The position numbers and the translations under genes were made by a program. Shown piece after piece: positions 50,362-62,370 of a stretch of 64,000 nucleotides of DNA (the first letter of the stretch is position 1; every line of letters starts with the position of its first letter). This DNA is from Octopus sinensis. Its lineage: Eukaryota. The notes beneath the pieces are model-generated. The model had not been told where the DNA came from. It saw nothing but the letters and a program-made list of their open reading frames with translations, and did not search any database. The stretch lies in assembly GCF_006345805.1 (NCBI RefSeq), contig NC_043001.1, forward strand, positions 107,508,001 to 107,572,000, in the 5' to 3' direction.

Positions 50362-50639
50362 TATACTCGTGGCCACTGCCCGCGCTCTTAAACCTAAGAT
50401 TCCGAGTTCGATTCCAAGCAGTGACATGAATGATAATAATAATAACAATAACAACAACAACAACAACATTGAAAAATACCTTAGGAATGAGAACCCAGGT
50501 TCGAAATTTCTCCTAGACACCTGATGAATGTTGGAGGGTATGTCAGCCGAAACGTTGTGTTGACAACAAACAAGATGAGGACAAATATCTGTCAAATGTA
50601 AATAAAGTACATAAATTCCTCATCTCTTAAATATAGAAC
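50362..50639 (+). mobile_element. Short repeat with a B-box-like head, an (AAT/AAC)n spacer, a hammerhead motif and a structured tail
   Basis: GTTCGATTCC at 50406-50415; the last 26 bp (aattcctcatctcttaaatatagaac, 50614-50639) recur exactly at 22831-22856. Confidence 0.65.
50516..50561 (+). ncRNA. Minimal type I hammerhead ribozyme-like motif (Penelope-type), possibly degenerate
   Basis: Stem I GACAC/GUGUU; core CUGAUGA at 50521-50527; stem II g-u-u-g/c-a-g-c; GAAAC at 50549-50553; palindromic AACGUU stem III; predicted cleavage after GUU at 50556. Confidence 0.62.
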
Positions 50640-51510
50640 GGCAATTATTTACGCTTGCAACTTTCAGTATCATTTAAAATGAAACTCACTTTCCCAGCTA
50701 ACAGTTTCATACTCAAACACATACATACATTATTTTAAACAGCAGCATTTTTGTTTTCGTCTTTTCCATTTCATTTTATTTCATCTTATTTTATACGTAT
50801 GATTTCACGAAATTGTAAAGACATTCAAAATAAATTCACACACACACACGGTCATACATTCATACTCAAAAACACCTATACAGAGTATTTTATAGACACA
50901 TGCAAATACATACGCAAACGAAACTACGAACACACATAGACGTACTAGCATTTACGTATGCAAATAGTTTTGATTCCATGACTTAACTGACGTCTTTCAA
51001 AATAACTCTTCATTAGTAACTCAGAGCTATTTCCAATGGTGGTTCTTTCTCAAAGTAAACAAAACAAGTCTCTTCGGTGAGAACAACTCTATAGATTGTT
51101 GTTTCGTTAATGTAAAACTATTTATAAGTTTCGATTTAAGAAAATGCCAATAATTTATTCCCAAGACTATAAAAAGGAGAAGAAAAGGTTTTTTTCTTAC
51201 GTGAACTATTAATTTGGAAAGAATCCAGTATCTTTGCCAACATATTTCAACAATATTCCCTTGTTTGTTGTGTTCTATATTTTAATGTTACCATTTTAAC
51301 TGTAATTATCCATTAAAAGAGAACAATTTCTTATCGCGCTCGTTTATGTAACTTGGGAAAAAATACCATGTAATTATCGCCCGAATTGCTTTGCCTAGCT
51401 TAATTGTTATGGCGTAGATAGGAAGGTAAACGCACTCGATTTCCAGGTAGTGGCCAGTTTCCATAACTCGGTTCATGATGTAGATGATAAGTGAACGTAT
51501 GACATTCCAA

Positions 51511-51800
51511 ATGCTCATGATTGTAAGGTCGTGAGCTCGATTCCCAGCGACACGTTGTATCCTTGAGCAAGACACTTTATTTCACGTTGCTCCAGTCCAC
51601 TCAGCTGGCAAAAATGAGTTGTACCTGTATTTCAAAGGGCCGGCCCTGTCACACTCTGTGTCACGCTGAATCTCCCTGAGAACTATGTTAGGGGTACACG
51701 TCTCTGTGGAGTGCTCAGCCACTTGCACGTTAATTTCACGAGCAGGGTGTTCCGTTGATCGTATCAGCTGGGACCCTCGTCGTCGTAACCGACGGAGTGA
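51511..51800 (+). mobile_element. tRNA-headed SINE, head A + tail X (5' end eroded)
   Basis: Core A ...cagctggcaaaaatgagt joined directly to tgtacctgtatttcaaagggccggcc...accgacggagtg. Confidence 0.82.
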
Positions 51801-51898
51801 TACTTATATAAATATATAAATAAGACCCCAAGGTACGATATGAAGATGCATGTAATGCTGAAGGGTTGTACCAGATTGATTTGGAAATTGGTTTTTCC

Positions 51899-51963
<65 letters not shown>

Positions 51964-52487
51964 ATGTATGTATACATTTGTCTACCAAATTCACTCACTG
52001 GTCAGAACGAAGCTATATAGTGCAAGACACTTAAGACATGGCGCACAATGAAATTGGACCTTTAACCGCACAGTTGCAAAACAAGCTTCTCAACCACACA
52101 GCTATGTTTCTAAAAAACATATAATTTTTAACTTCGTAAACTTGTCGACCATGAAAGCCGGAGAAAGAGGAATTATGTTGCTTTAAAAATTCGTTCTGTC
52201 AACTCATTAATAAAGACGCGGAGATGAAGAAACATTTCCAGTTATATTTCTTTGTGTGGGGAAACTGCCATTTTTCAGTTTGACAACCATAAATCAAGCA
52301 CATATAGCAGTTTATTTAAAGCAAAACACTAGACTGGGATTCGAGTGATATCTGGCTGCAACTTGTAGAAGGTTGGACGAATTCTATGTAAACGAAAAAG
52401 GTGTTTTGATACCTAGTGACAAGTCTCATGGATTTATAAATGAATATGATAAAATATTAAAATGGGTACAATGTGTTCAGTTGATTG

Positions 52488-53570
52488 ATGTTTCTTTATT
52501 ACCCACCTGGGGGCGACACAGAGGGGGACACCACAAGACATAGGGACATAGAACATTACAATTAAATTTATGAAAAATGAGTTATTACATGAAAATAATG
52601 ATAATATGAAAGCGATGCTAAAGGCCCCATCCGTTAGCATCACTTACCTGTCCTTTGGTTTTCACCGTCACTTGAATGTTCATTCCCAATACGAATACCT
52701 TCCATATCCATTCTTACTCCGAAATACTCCTGCATATTTTCCACGAATTCATCGCTCATTCTTATATCTTTCACCTCCCAATTCTCCCTTTCACACCTCA
52801 CCATAAACTCATCTATTCTCTTCTTTTCAATCACAGCATACCTAGTCTCACCAACTTCATACCATTTATACTCTTCCATTAGCCTTTTAACTTCTTTCTG
52901 TTCTGTCATAGTACAAATGTACGGCCTGGGTTCGATTTCAATCTCTTGTCTGTCTGTATTATTTTTTTTCTTTTGTTTTCTTGTTGGAGGGGAGCGGGTG
53001 GGTTCACTGTCTGCAGGGATAGGGTGGGTCTCAGAGGGTGTGGGTGGTGTTGGGGTGGATTGGTGTTCTATGTTATTTTCTTTTCCTCGTATTCTTCTCT
53101 TCCTCTTATTTCCAGCTTCTTTCCATTTCTGTGAATTCTCTTCTTCTACTGTCTCCTTCTCCTCTGGTTTCTGCTTCTCTCTCTGTGGTTCGGAATACAT
53201 TTCTTTCCCTGGGGGAGGGCAGAAGGCTCTTATGTGACCCCTCAGGCCACACTTGTAACAACGTGGAGCTCTGCCCTCCACCCACACTCTCATGATCACG
53301 TCTCCCAATCTGATGCTTTCCGCCAGGTCCACCAGTACCTCGTTCTCTGCCTGCACGTTCAGCTCCACTGTTACGCCTCTCCAGCCCTCGGTCTTAACCG
53401 AGGCATGGAGAATATCCACTTCCTCCTCGTGGCCGCTAATCACAGCCACCACAATCCACTCGGCCTCAACGTTTGGTGGCACTCCCTCCACCCTTACTCG
53501 TGTAATCCTTCTATTTAGATATGTAGGCAAAAGAGTTACCTTCTCGGATTTCACCGCCTTCGCCGCCATG
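52488..53570 (-). mobile_element. ORF1-only non-autonomous non-LTR retroelement (HAL1-like 'half-Tx1'), 1,083 bp, 16-bp TSD
   Basis: TSD tgtgttcagttgattg at 52472-52487 and 53571-53586; single ORF; 152-nt 3' UTR ending gcccccaggtgggtaataaagaaacat; no RT or endonuclease sequence. Confidence 0.85.
52640..53569 (-). CDS. Gag-like ORF1 protein (RRM-like N-terminal region, CX2CX4HX4C zinc knuckle, charged/Pro-rich linker), 309 aa, uninterrupted
   Basis: TRVRVEGVPP...VWVEGRAPRCYKCGLRGHIRAFC follows the Tx1/L1-type ORF1 pattern; no stops or frameshifts. Confidence 0.85.
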   Translation of the reverse strand: MAAKAVKSEKVTLLPTYLNRRITRVRVEGVPPNVEAEWIVVAVISGHEEEVDILHASVKTEGWRGVTVELNVQAENEVLVDLAESIRLGDVIMRVWVEGRAPRCYKCGLRGHIRAFCPPPGKEMYSEPQREKQKPEEKETVEEENSQKWKEAGNKRKRRIRGKENNIEHQSTPTPPTPSETHPIPADSEPTRSPPTRKQKKKNNTDRQEIEIEPRPYICTMTEQKEVKRLMEEYKWYEVGETRYAVIEKKRIDEFMVRCERENWEVKDIRMSDEFVENMQEYFGVRMDMEGIRIGNEHSSDGENQRTGK

Positions 53571-54089
53571 TGTGTTCAGTTGATTGTGGATTTCACCTTA
53601 AGAAAGATTGAGATTCAACCTTATGAAGAGTTGAAAAAATAGACAAAATACCTAGGTAACCCGTGAAAAAGGAAAAAAAAAGAAAGGAAAGACTATCAAA
53701 ATATGCATTCATTGTATGAAAAGGAAAAAAAAACTGTCTAAATGTTACCACTCGATTTCGGGGATCGAATGGGCATTGCGCCTCATTTTATACTCTTTCA
53801 TGTTACCATTCGTTTCTTTTAATTTTTTCTCTTCTTATTTCTTCTTTTTATAATTCTAAGTTCCCCGAGTTTATCTTTGTTTGTTTTGTATTTGTTCTAT
53901 TCTTTGTATAGTCCCTAGTGGATACTAAAGAGATAGATCACATACAGGCCCCTTCATTTGTTTGGTTTCGTCACTCATTGAAAGGTAAAGGTTATTAGGG
54001 AAGCTCACCGACCTGGTGGTAGATATTGGTCACCTGAATGAGGTAAACACATAACTAACGCTGCTCTATGATATTTCATTCTAACTTTG

Positions 54090-55140
54090 ACACAAGACCC
54101 ACGGTTTTAGGGGAGCGGCTAATTCGATTGCTTCGATACCAGTATCCAATTGTTACTTGTTTTATCCCTAAAGGATGATAGGCAAAACCGATGTGGGAGG
54201 CATTTGAACTCGGAACGTAAAGAGCCAGAAAACGCCAGCTGAGCGTTTTCCCTGATGCGTTTACGATTCTGCTAATCAATACGATAATAAACGTTTCTAC
54301 TATAGACACAAGGCTTGAAATTTTGGGAGTGGAGGAGGGTAGTGGATTATGTCGAAAGGGAGAAAAGGCAAAGCTGACCTTGGTGAAATTTGAAATCACA
54401 ACGCAAAGACGTACGCAACGCCATCAAGCATTTCGTTTGGCGTCTTAAGAATTCTGCAAGTTCACCATCTTAATGAATAATAAAACTAATAAAACTAGAA
54501 TATTTAAGATCCTGGAGAGAAAAGTTAGTGTAGCCGCATGCACCTCATGGTATCTTCATATTTTGACACAAGGCCAGCGATTTCGGGAGAGAGAGTAATC
54601 GATTACTCGACCCCAAGTATTTAACTAGGATTTATTTTGTCGACCCTGAAGCTATAAAAGACATAGTCGACCACTCTGAATTTGAACTCTAAACGTAAAG
54701 ACAGGCATGCTAGCTATTTTGGCAGATTTTTTTCTTTTCTACTCTAGGCACAAGGCCCGAAATTTTGTGGGAGGGACTCAGTCGATTAGATCGATACCAG
54801 TATGAAACAGGTACTTAATTCATCGGCCCCGACAGGATGAAAGGCAAAGTCGATTCGGTGGAATTTCAACTCAGAACGTAAAGACAAACGAAATTCTGCC
54901 AGCTCAACGCGTTGCTATTTTGGCAGATTGCCACTGTGATGAATATGAGAATAATAAAATGAAAAGAGCGACGAGAAAATATTTACGTTCTGAATTCCAA
55001 TTCCGCCGGGGCCAGCTTTGTCTTTGATCCTTTGAAGGTTGATAAAGTGAGTACCAGTTGAATACTGGTGTCGACTCAATCGACTTCTGCTCTCCCTTGT
55101 ACAATCGACTTACTCTCCCGCTGCCCCTTTGCCTCAATTT
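54090..55140. mobile_element. Cluster of about 5 degenerate S2 SINEs (mostly tail-2 variants), mixed orientation
   Basis: Repeated ggatgaaaggcaaagtcga / aatttgaactc(a/g)gaacgtaaag motifs. Confidence 0.65.
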
Positions 55141-55648
55141 GAAATGAATATTCTTGTTTGTTTTGTAGAAGGTCGAAGTTAAGACGACCTTGCTATCCAA
55201 GTAGCATTGAAAGAGGAGGCGGTGAAACAGAATCGATACAGCGACACACGCCACCACCTTAATTCAATCAATTACATCTCATTGTTTTTTTATATTTTGA
55301 ATTCATACCCCACAAGAGATAGAATTTGCAGATCGATAAAAGAAGTATCAACCAAATTCAGCAAGGACTTTATGTAACTGTTGCTTCTTGTAAAATAGGT
55401 GCCATTGTGACAATCGCAGAAATTAAATTCGCAGAAAAAAGAAACAAATAAAATATGAAGAAATTATTTGAATAGGAGTTATCTCCTCGTTTGTACTTGA
55501 ATGCACTTTTTGTACTTTGCTAATATTGAAGGTTGCATAACAAAAGCACTAAAAAGGAACAAAAAAAAATAGTAATAAAGGAAATACAATTCAAAGCAAT
55601 AGCTCTGACGACTACTACTCCCCCTACTACTACTACTACTACTACTAC

Positions 55649-55689
<41 letters not shown>

Positions 55690-56411
55690 TTTCTCGTTTA
55701 CGGATTGCCAGTTATGATATAAGTGAACCAGATTTCTATATTCCGTACCGGATACAAAAACAGCTGGATTCACGGAAGAATGAATAAATAAATTTAATCT
55801 GAAGAATGAATAAAATAATTTTCTTTAAAAAAAGAAACAGAAATATTCTCCATATTTTCTAGAATTATCTTTTATTCACCTCACTCTCCCTCTTTCTCTC
55901 CCCTTTCTTTTCACTTATTTTTTCTTTAGAATTGTCATTAATCTTCCATTTTTCAAACCAGTTTCTTGTTATTCTTTATAAGTGTTGTGTTTCCAACTTT
56001 TCTGACCTTTTGTGCGCTTCTATTCTTTATTCTACTACAATTCAGTTCTTTTTGTTTGCGAAGTATTTCCAATGTCTATGAATACAGAGTAAAATGATGA
56101 GAAAAGAAACAAATTAATGACACGATGACATGCGGATGAAAAATCGTTTTATATTTTTCAAGCTGTAGACAGAAGCTTTCAGTGAAGTGAAGAAAGAATC
56201 GGTTATTTTGAAATGTTCAGTTTTGAAATTATGTGCAACGACTCTCTTATTAATTCATTATATATTTGCTGACGCTTACGACTGTCTGTTGCAAATTATA
56301 GGGACAGAATATGAACCTATAAGCATAATCTAGAGAAACATTGCATATAGTATTGTTGGTCCTGTCAGGGGGAAGGAACTCTTTCTTTCTTTGTGGTGTA
56401 TATATTTATTT

Positions 56412-56462
56412 ATTTTTTACTGCCCACAAGTGGCTAAACATAGAGGGGACAAACAAGGACAG

Positions 56463-56470
<8 letters not shown>
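56412..56470 (-). mobile_element. Solo S2 tail-1 fragment
   Basis: tttactgcccacaagtggctaaacatagaggggacaaacaaggacagacaa followed by (TA)n. Confidence 0.75.
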
Positions 56471-56502
<32 letters not shown>

Positions 56503-56808
56503 ATAATATAGGGTGAAATTAATTAATTTGGAATAATCATTAATTTCACCAAGTAGATTTCGGCATGTAAAAGCCTCATTCGAGGAAAGTTTAAGTAATA
56601 CTAAGTAATTAAGGGTTTAGCAATTGTATGATAGATTGCCATCATTTCCTTCTCTCTTGCCTGTCTGTGTTTGCCTTTCAAGTGGTGCGGTTTTACTGAG
56701 ATCTCCCTTTTAGTAGAAAGAATAGCTATAACTCTTTGACTGCTATTTCTAAATTCGGTGTGTGGTGAGGCAAATCGTTGCTAAACCCTTAATTACTTAG
56801 TATATATA

Positions 56809-56892
<84 letters not shown>

Positions 56893-57904
56893 TACAAAGC
56901 GATACCATTTGAGAATTAGACGAATCTGGAAGGATGAAAGGCAAAATCGACCTCAGCAGAATTCTAAATCAGAGCGCAAAGCCGGCAGGAATGCCGTTAA
57001 ACATTTAGTACAGCGAGGTAACGAGAAATAAATTAAAGTATTATAATGGTTTCAAATTTTGGCTTAAGACCAGCAGCTTTTGTGGCGTGAGGGAAGTTGA
57101 TTGCATTAACTTCAGTAATTGAGTGTTATTTATTTTATTAACCACCAAATATTATAATAATATGATGTAATGCTAATGAAAATATCGTTTCCAAGTAAAA
57201 GCAGAATTCAAACAAATCAGCGCTAAATGAAGTGGTGCTCACAGCGTGGGCGGAGACGATAATTACTGCTCGCGATTTCGATACCATAGAGGGATGGGAC
57301 AAACCTGACTTGGCCAGGAGTTGGACTAAAGCCGAAACAAGCGAAATGCAATACTTCGAAATAGTTATTCCAGCAGTTTAAATTCTCAGTGAGAACACAA
57401 CGACACCAATATCTAAAGACGAATTTATGTGTGTGAGTGTATGTAGTATACGTGTGACAAAAGGGTGTATTATTTCTAAACATATCATTAATCAATAAAA
57501 ATATATCAATAAAGTCCAGTATTGGTATGTTTCCAAATTCTGTTAATTTCAATGAACACCAAAATAGTTCTGACAGAAAACCCTGTCATTGGAAGGCGTC
57601 GATGTTAAAAGACGATGCGAAAATTAGCGATTATTATCTTAGCAATACCGCTACATGTATGCATGTGTCCATCCATATACATGTATACACACACTAATAT
57701 ATATGTGTGTGTTTGTGTGTCTGTGTCTTAGTGGTGAAGGTGTTACACTCATGCTCGTAAGAGTGCAGTTTCGATTGTTGGATTGCGAGATGTGTTGTGT
57801 TCTTGAGCAAGACACTTCATTTCGCATTGCTCCTGTCCACAGACTTGGCAAAAATGAGTTACCTGCGAACAATTACTCATTTTACCCCGTCTTAAATGCA
57901 TCGT

Positions 57905-58320
57905 ATACTCTCTCTTTTACTCTTTTATTTGTTTCAGTCATTTGACTGTGGCCATGCAGGAGCACCGTCATTAGTCGAGCACATCGACCACAGGACTTAT
58001 TCTTTGTAAGCCGAGTACTTATTCTATCGGTCTCTTTTGCCGAACCGCTAAGTTGCGGGGAGGTAAACACACCAGCATCGGTTGTCAAGCGATGTTGGGG
58101 GCACAAACACAGACAAACAAACATACACACATACATATATATATATACATATGTACGAGAGGCTTCTTTCAGTTTCCGTCTACCAAATCCACTCACAAGG
58201 CTTTGGTCGGCCCGAGGCTATAGTAGAAGACACTTGCCCAAGGTGCCACGCAGTGGGACTGAACCCGGAACCATGTAGTTCGTGAGCAAGCTACTTACCA
58301 CACAGCCACTCCTACGCCTA
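57905..58320 (-). mobile_element. S1 SINE, full length
   Basis: Matches 37891-38306. Confidence 0.9.
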
Positions 58321-58514
58321 CTATATACACCCCATACTGCAGATATAGAGACATAGACGGAAGATGTACATCAATGTATTTTGTGTAGGTGTATATATCT
58401 CTCTAACTTTCTCGGTATACATACAAATATATAAATATATATATATGTGTGTGTGTGGGGGGGGTATCTATGTATCTATGTATCTATGTATGTATTTACG
58501 TATATACGTATATA

Positions 58515-58995
58515 CAAAAATTACTCGACTATCGCGCGTGTTACATTCCAAAATCCACTGCAATGAGTGAAAATCCACAAAGTAAAAACAGTACTATACT
58601 ACATATTTTTAAAAATCATTTTTATGATTTGTATATATTTATTTTATTATAAATGCAAAACACCACACCACACACTCGCCTCCCGAGTTTCATTTTCCAT
58701 ACAATATGTGCGATTCTTTGTTTACTCATCTATGGTACACTAGGTATTTTCTTTTAATATATTTTAATTAATGTGTTATATAGTGCAGTACTGCACTGTA
58801 TTTTTATTTATTAATGTATTGATTTTGAGACGTGAAAATACTTAATTAAAATCTGTAGTAATATAAATATCCAGCGGCTACAGAAACCCGCCATATACTG
58901 AGGAGACCGCGATATAAATTTACATATATTAACTAGAAAAATCCGTGATGTAATGAGGGCGCGATAAGTAAACCGCAAAATGGCGAGTCAGTACA
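58515..58995. mobile_element. Probable pogo/Tigger-like MITE, degenerate
   Basis: Ends actcgactatcgcg... and ...cgcgataagtaaaccgcaaaatggcgagtcagtacag resemble pogo-type subterminal repeats. Confidence 0.45.
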
Positions 58996-59430
58996 GCATA
59001 TATGGGCGCGGGCGAATGTATGTGCGTGCGTGTGTGCGTCCATGTATGGGAGTGTGTACATGCGTATGTATTTGTATAGATTTTGACGATCGGTGTTCAG
59101 TTCTTCAATCAGTCGAACTGTTTATTCCAGTAGCATAGATGCAAAAAACTGGGTATTCCATAGGAACATGTTAACCTTATGATAATACTTAAGCAAAGTC
59201 ACCGCGGCACACTGTAATAAGATTAGACTTTCTGAATTATCAACATTGCATCTTTCTGTTTTTCATCCTTGTTACGCGTATTCAATTCATTTACAAAGCT
59301 TGAATCGACCAGAAGTCATCATAAAAGGCCTTTTCCCATTTACCTCTGTATATCATTGGATTATAGTGAAGAAACGCCAGTATGATGTGTACGCTGCTCT
59401 CGAAATCCCCACAATTATATAACGATTGCC

Positions 59431-59670
59431 GTGGAGGCGCGTGGCTTAGTGGTTAGGGTGTTGAACTCATGATCGTAAGATTGTGGTTTCGATTCCTGAA
59501 CCGGGCGATACGTTTTGTTCTTGAGCAAAACACTTCATTTTCACGTTGCTCCAGTCCACTCAGCTGGCAAAAATGAGTAATCCTGCAACTGACTGGCATC
59601 CCATCCAGGTGGGGAATTTCTACGCCACTGAAACCGAGAAACCGGTCCTGACATGGCTCGAGAAGGAACT
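59431..59670 (+). mobile_element. tRNA-headed SINE, head A + tail Y
   Basis: Same architecture as 46260-46508. Confidence 0.85.
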
Positions 59671-60159
59671 TATATTTTTATATAACCATTGGCAAGATCA
59701 TCCGACATCGATTTTATTAGTTTAGTCCTTCACTTCCTAGACTTATTTAATAAAACGATGTCTAAATTCAGAAACTGTTTCATTTTAATTTCCAAGTAGT
59801 TATGGTGCTTGCCCAGACACAAACTTCAGGATTTCTGCTCACGAACTGCATAACTCTGCACTTGTTATTCTTTTATTCTTTTATTTGTTTCTGTTATTTG
59901 ACTGCTACCAATTCGGGAAAACGAGGTATAACTAACAGCTCATACAAGAAAGACGCGAAATATTGCCGAAAGCACCTGATCTGGTAACCCGTTCATGTTA
60001 TTTGGAGCTCAGTTCGATGAGACTTTGCACACAAAATATGCTGGAAGGATCTGTTCTTTGACACAAAGACCCCCGCCTTTCATTTTTAGTTTCGCAGGGA
60101 CAAATTAGAAACAAAAGACGCATCCTTGTATACCCCCCCCCAACACATATATTGCTGAG

Positions 60160-60465
60160 ACCCCCTTTGTTCATGACTGACCATGGGATTGCATCTCTAA
60201 AGTTACCCCACCCAGGCACAAATCCGGCGACGTTGTTTATGGAAGATCAGCAGTCACCCATGCATACTGGCCTCTCGTCTTCACGCCACCAGTGTTATCC
60301 AAGGGAAAGGCAAAGGCCAACTCCTTTCTACAGCTGAGTGAACTTGAGCAACGTGAAATAAAGTGTCTCACTCAAAAACACAACCTGCAGCCCGGTCCGG
60401 GATTCGAACTTACAAACTCACGATCGTAAACTCGACGCTCTAACCACTGAGCCATGCGCCTTCAC
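60160..60465 (-). mobile_element. tRNA-headed SINE, head A + tail W
   Basis: Head gcgcatggctcagtggttagagcg...gttcgaatccc; core A; tail unlike X, Y or Z. Confidence 0.75.
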
Positions 60466-60651
60466 ACACACACATATATATATATGTGTGTATATGTATA
60501 TATATATATACACATATGTATATGTAAATATGTATATATATATGTGTGTGTATGTGTGTGTGTATATATATGTACATATATATATATGTGTGTGTGTGTC
60601 TGTGTGTTCGTGAGTGAATGACTACATATACACACACACACACACACACAC

Positions 60652-60696
<45 letters not shown>

Positions 60697-61729
60697 TAAT
60701 TGTGTGTGTGTGTGTGTGTTGATAAATACATAGATAGATAGACAGAGAGAGCGATGGAGAGAGAGAGAGAGAGAAAGAGAGCGAGAGAAAGATCCAAGTG
60801 AAATATCGGCCCTTACGCGTCCGAGATGATTGATGAGAATTACTAGTCATAATTGAATCCATAATAAATGAGCCTTTAGCTAAAGGTCGACAGATAGATA
60901 TAATGTTATTTCGAGAATGTTTTTTGATTCTATGGCTGTTTTTTTGCTGCTTTATAAAGAAAACATCGCTGATCATGCACAAATTCTAAATATCTATTTT
61001 ATTCATAAGTATTTTTGTTCGTAGCTGACGTGATAATACGATGATGTAATATTATTATGCAACGTTACCACTCCGTATTTGTAGTATGTCATCGAAAAGA
61101 AAGTATAAAATTATTTCGTAATATATAATATATTTTGCGAGAAATCATTGCCCAGGATGACGAAGTTCCGCTTGAATGAAATGACATGTAATAGAATTAA
61201 ATGTCCACGTGGTTAAGTAGTATCTCTGGTTCATAGTTAAAAGGTTATCTGCAGTGAATAATGATGATGTCCAACCTCCTGTGTTTCGTTTTCACTTCAA
61301 AAGGTGGCGTCATTCTTTCTTATTATAAATACAGATTATCATATAATCTTCATTGCATATTCTAGAGGTCCTTCTCTCTTCATATGTAAAATTAATGTCT
61401 GAAGTACAGCAATAGGGAAACATTGGTTTCAAATTTCTGCACAAGGCCAGCAATCTTAGGAAGAGGAGGAGGAGGAAAAGTAATCGATTATATGAACCTC
61501 AGTACTCTAGTGGTACATTATCGACCCCGAAACGATGAAAAGCAAAGTAAAGCGTGGCAGAATTTGAACCCAGAACGTGAAAACGGACGAAGTCATAATC
61601 GGGCCTATACGTTCTTCACTTAATTATAGCTATCACCATCTGATATTCCAGTACGGACTCCCATTCAATTCCCCATAACACCTTTAATAGACAGAATAGA
61701 CTTATTTGTAAAAGGTCAATATTTAGTGA

Positions 61730-62370
61730 GTATAATGCGATAAGCTGGCAGAATCGGTAAGTACGCCGTAGAATATGCTTAGCGACAATTCATCCGAGAT
61801 CAAATTCTGCCAAGATCGACATTACCATTCATGTTTTCAGAGGCGATAAAATAAGTACCAGTTGTACACTGGAGTCGATGCATTAGCCTTTCCTCGAAAT
61901 TGCTGGCCTTGTGCCAAAATTTAAAACCAATTCTTAGTTAGAATATGGCGGCGAGCTTGCAGAATCTTTATCACGACGGACAAAATGTTTAGCGACATTT
62001 CGTCCGTCTTTACGTCTTGGGTTCAATTTCCGCTGAGGTCCACTTTGGTGTTCATCATTTGGAGGTCGATAAACTAAGTATCAGTCAAGCACTGGGGTCG
62101 GTGTAATCGATTAGCCCACTTCCCCAAAATTTCAGGCCTTGTGCCAATGGTAGAAACGATTATTATGTAAGACTGAGAGTTGGCGCAACCATTAGCACGC
62201 TTGACAAAATGCTTAGCGACATTTTGTTCTGAGTTCAAATTCCGTAGAGGTTGATTTTAACTATACTTCCTTGCGGAGTGAATAAAATAGATACCAGATG
62301 AACATTGAGGTTGGTATAATTCACTTACACTCCTCCCCGAACTTGTGGGCCTTGTGCCAAAATTTGAGTC
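61730..62370 (+). mobile_element. Three head-to-tail degenerate S2 tail-2 SINEs
   Basis: Each ends in ggccttgtgccaa; heads at about 61740, 61945 and 62175. Confidence 0.7.
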
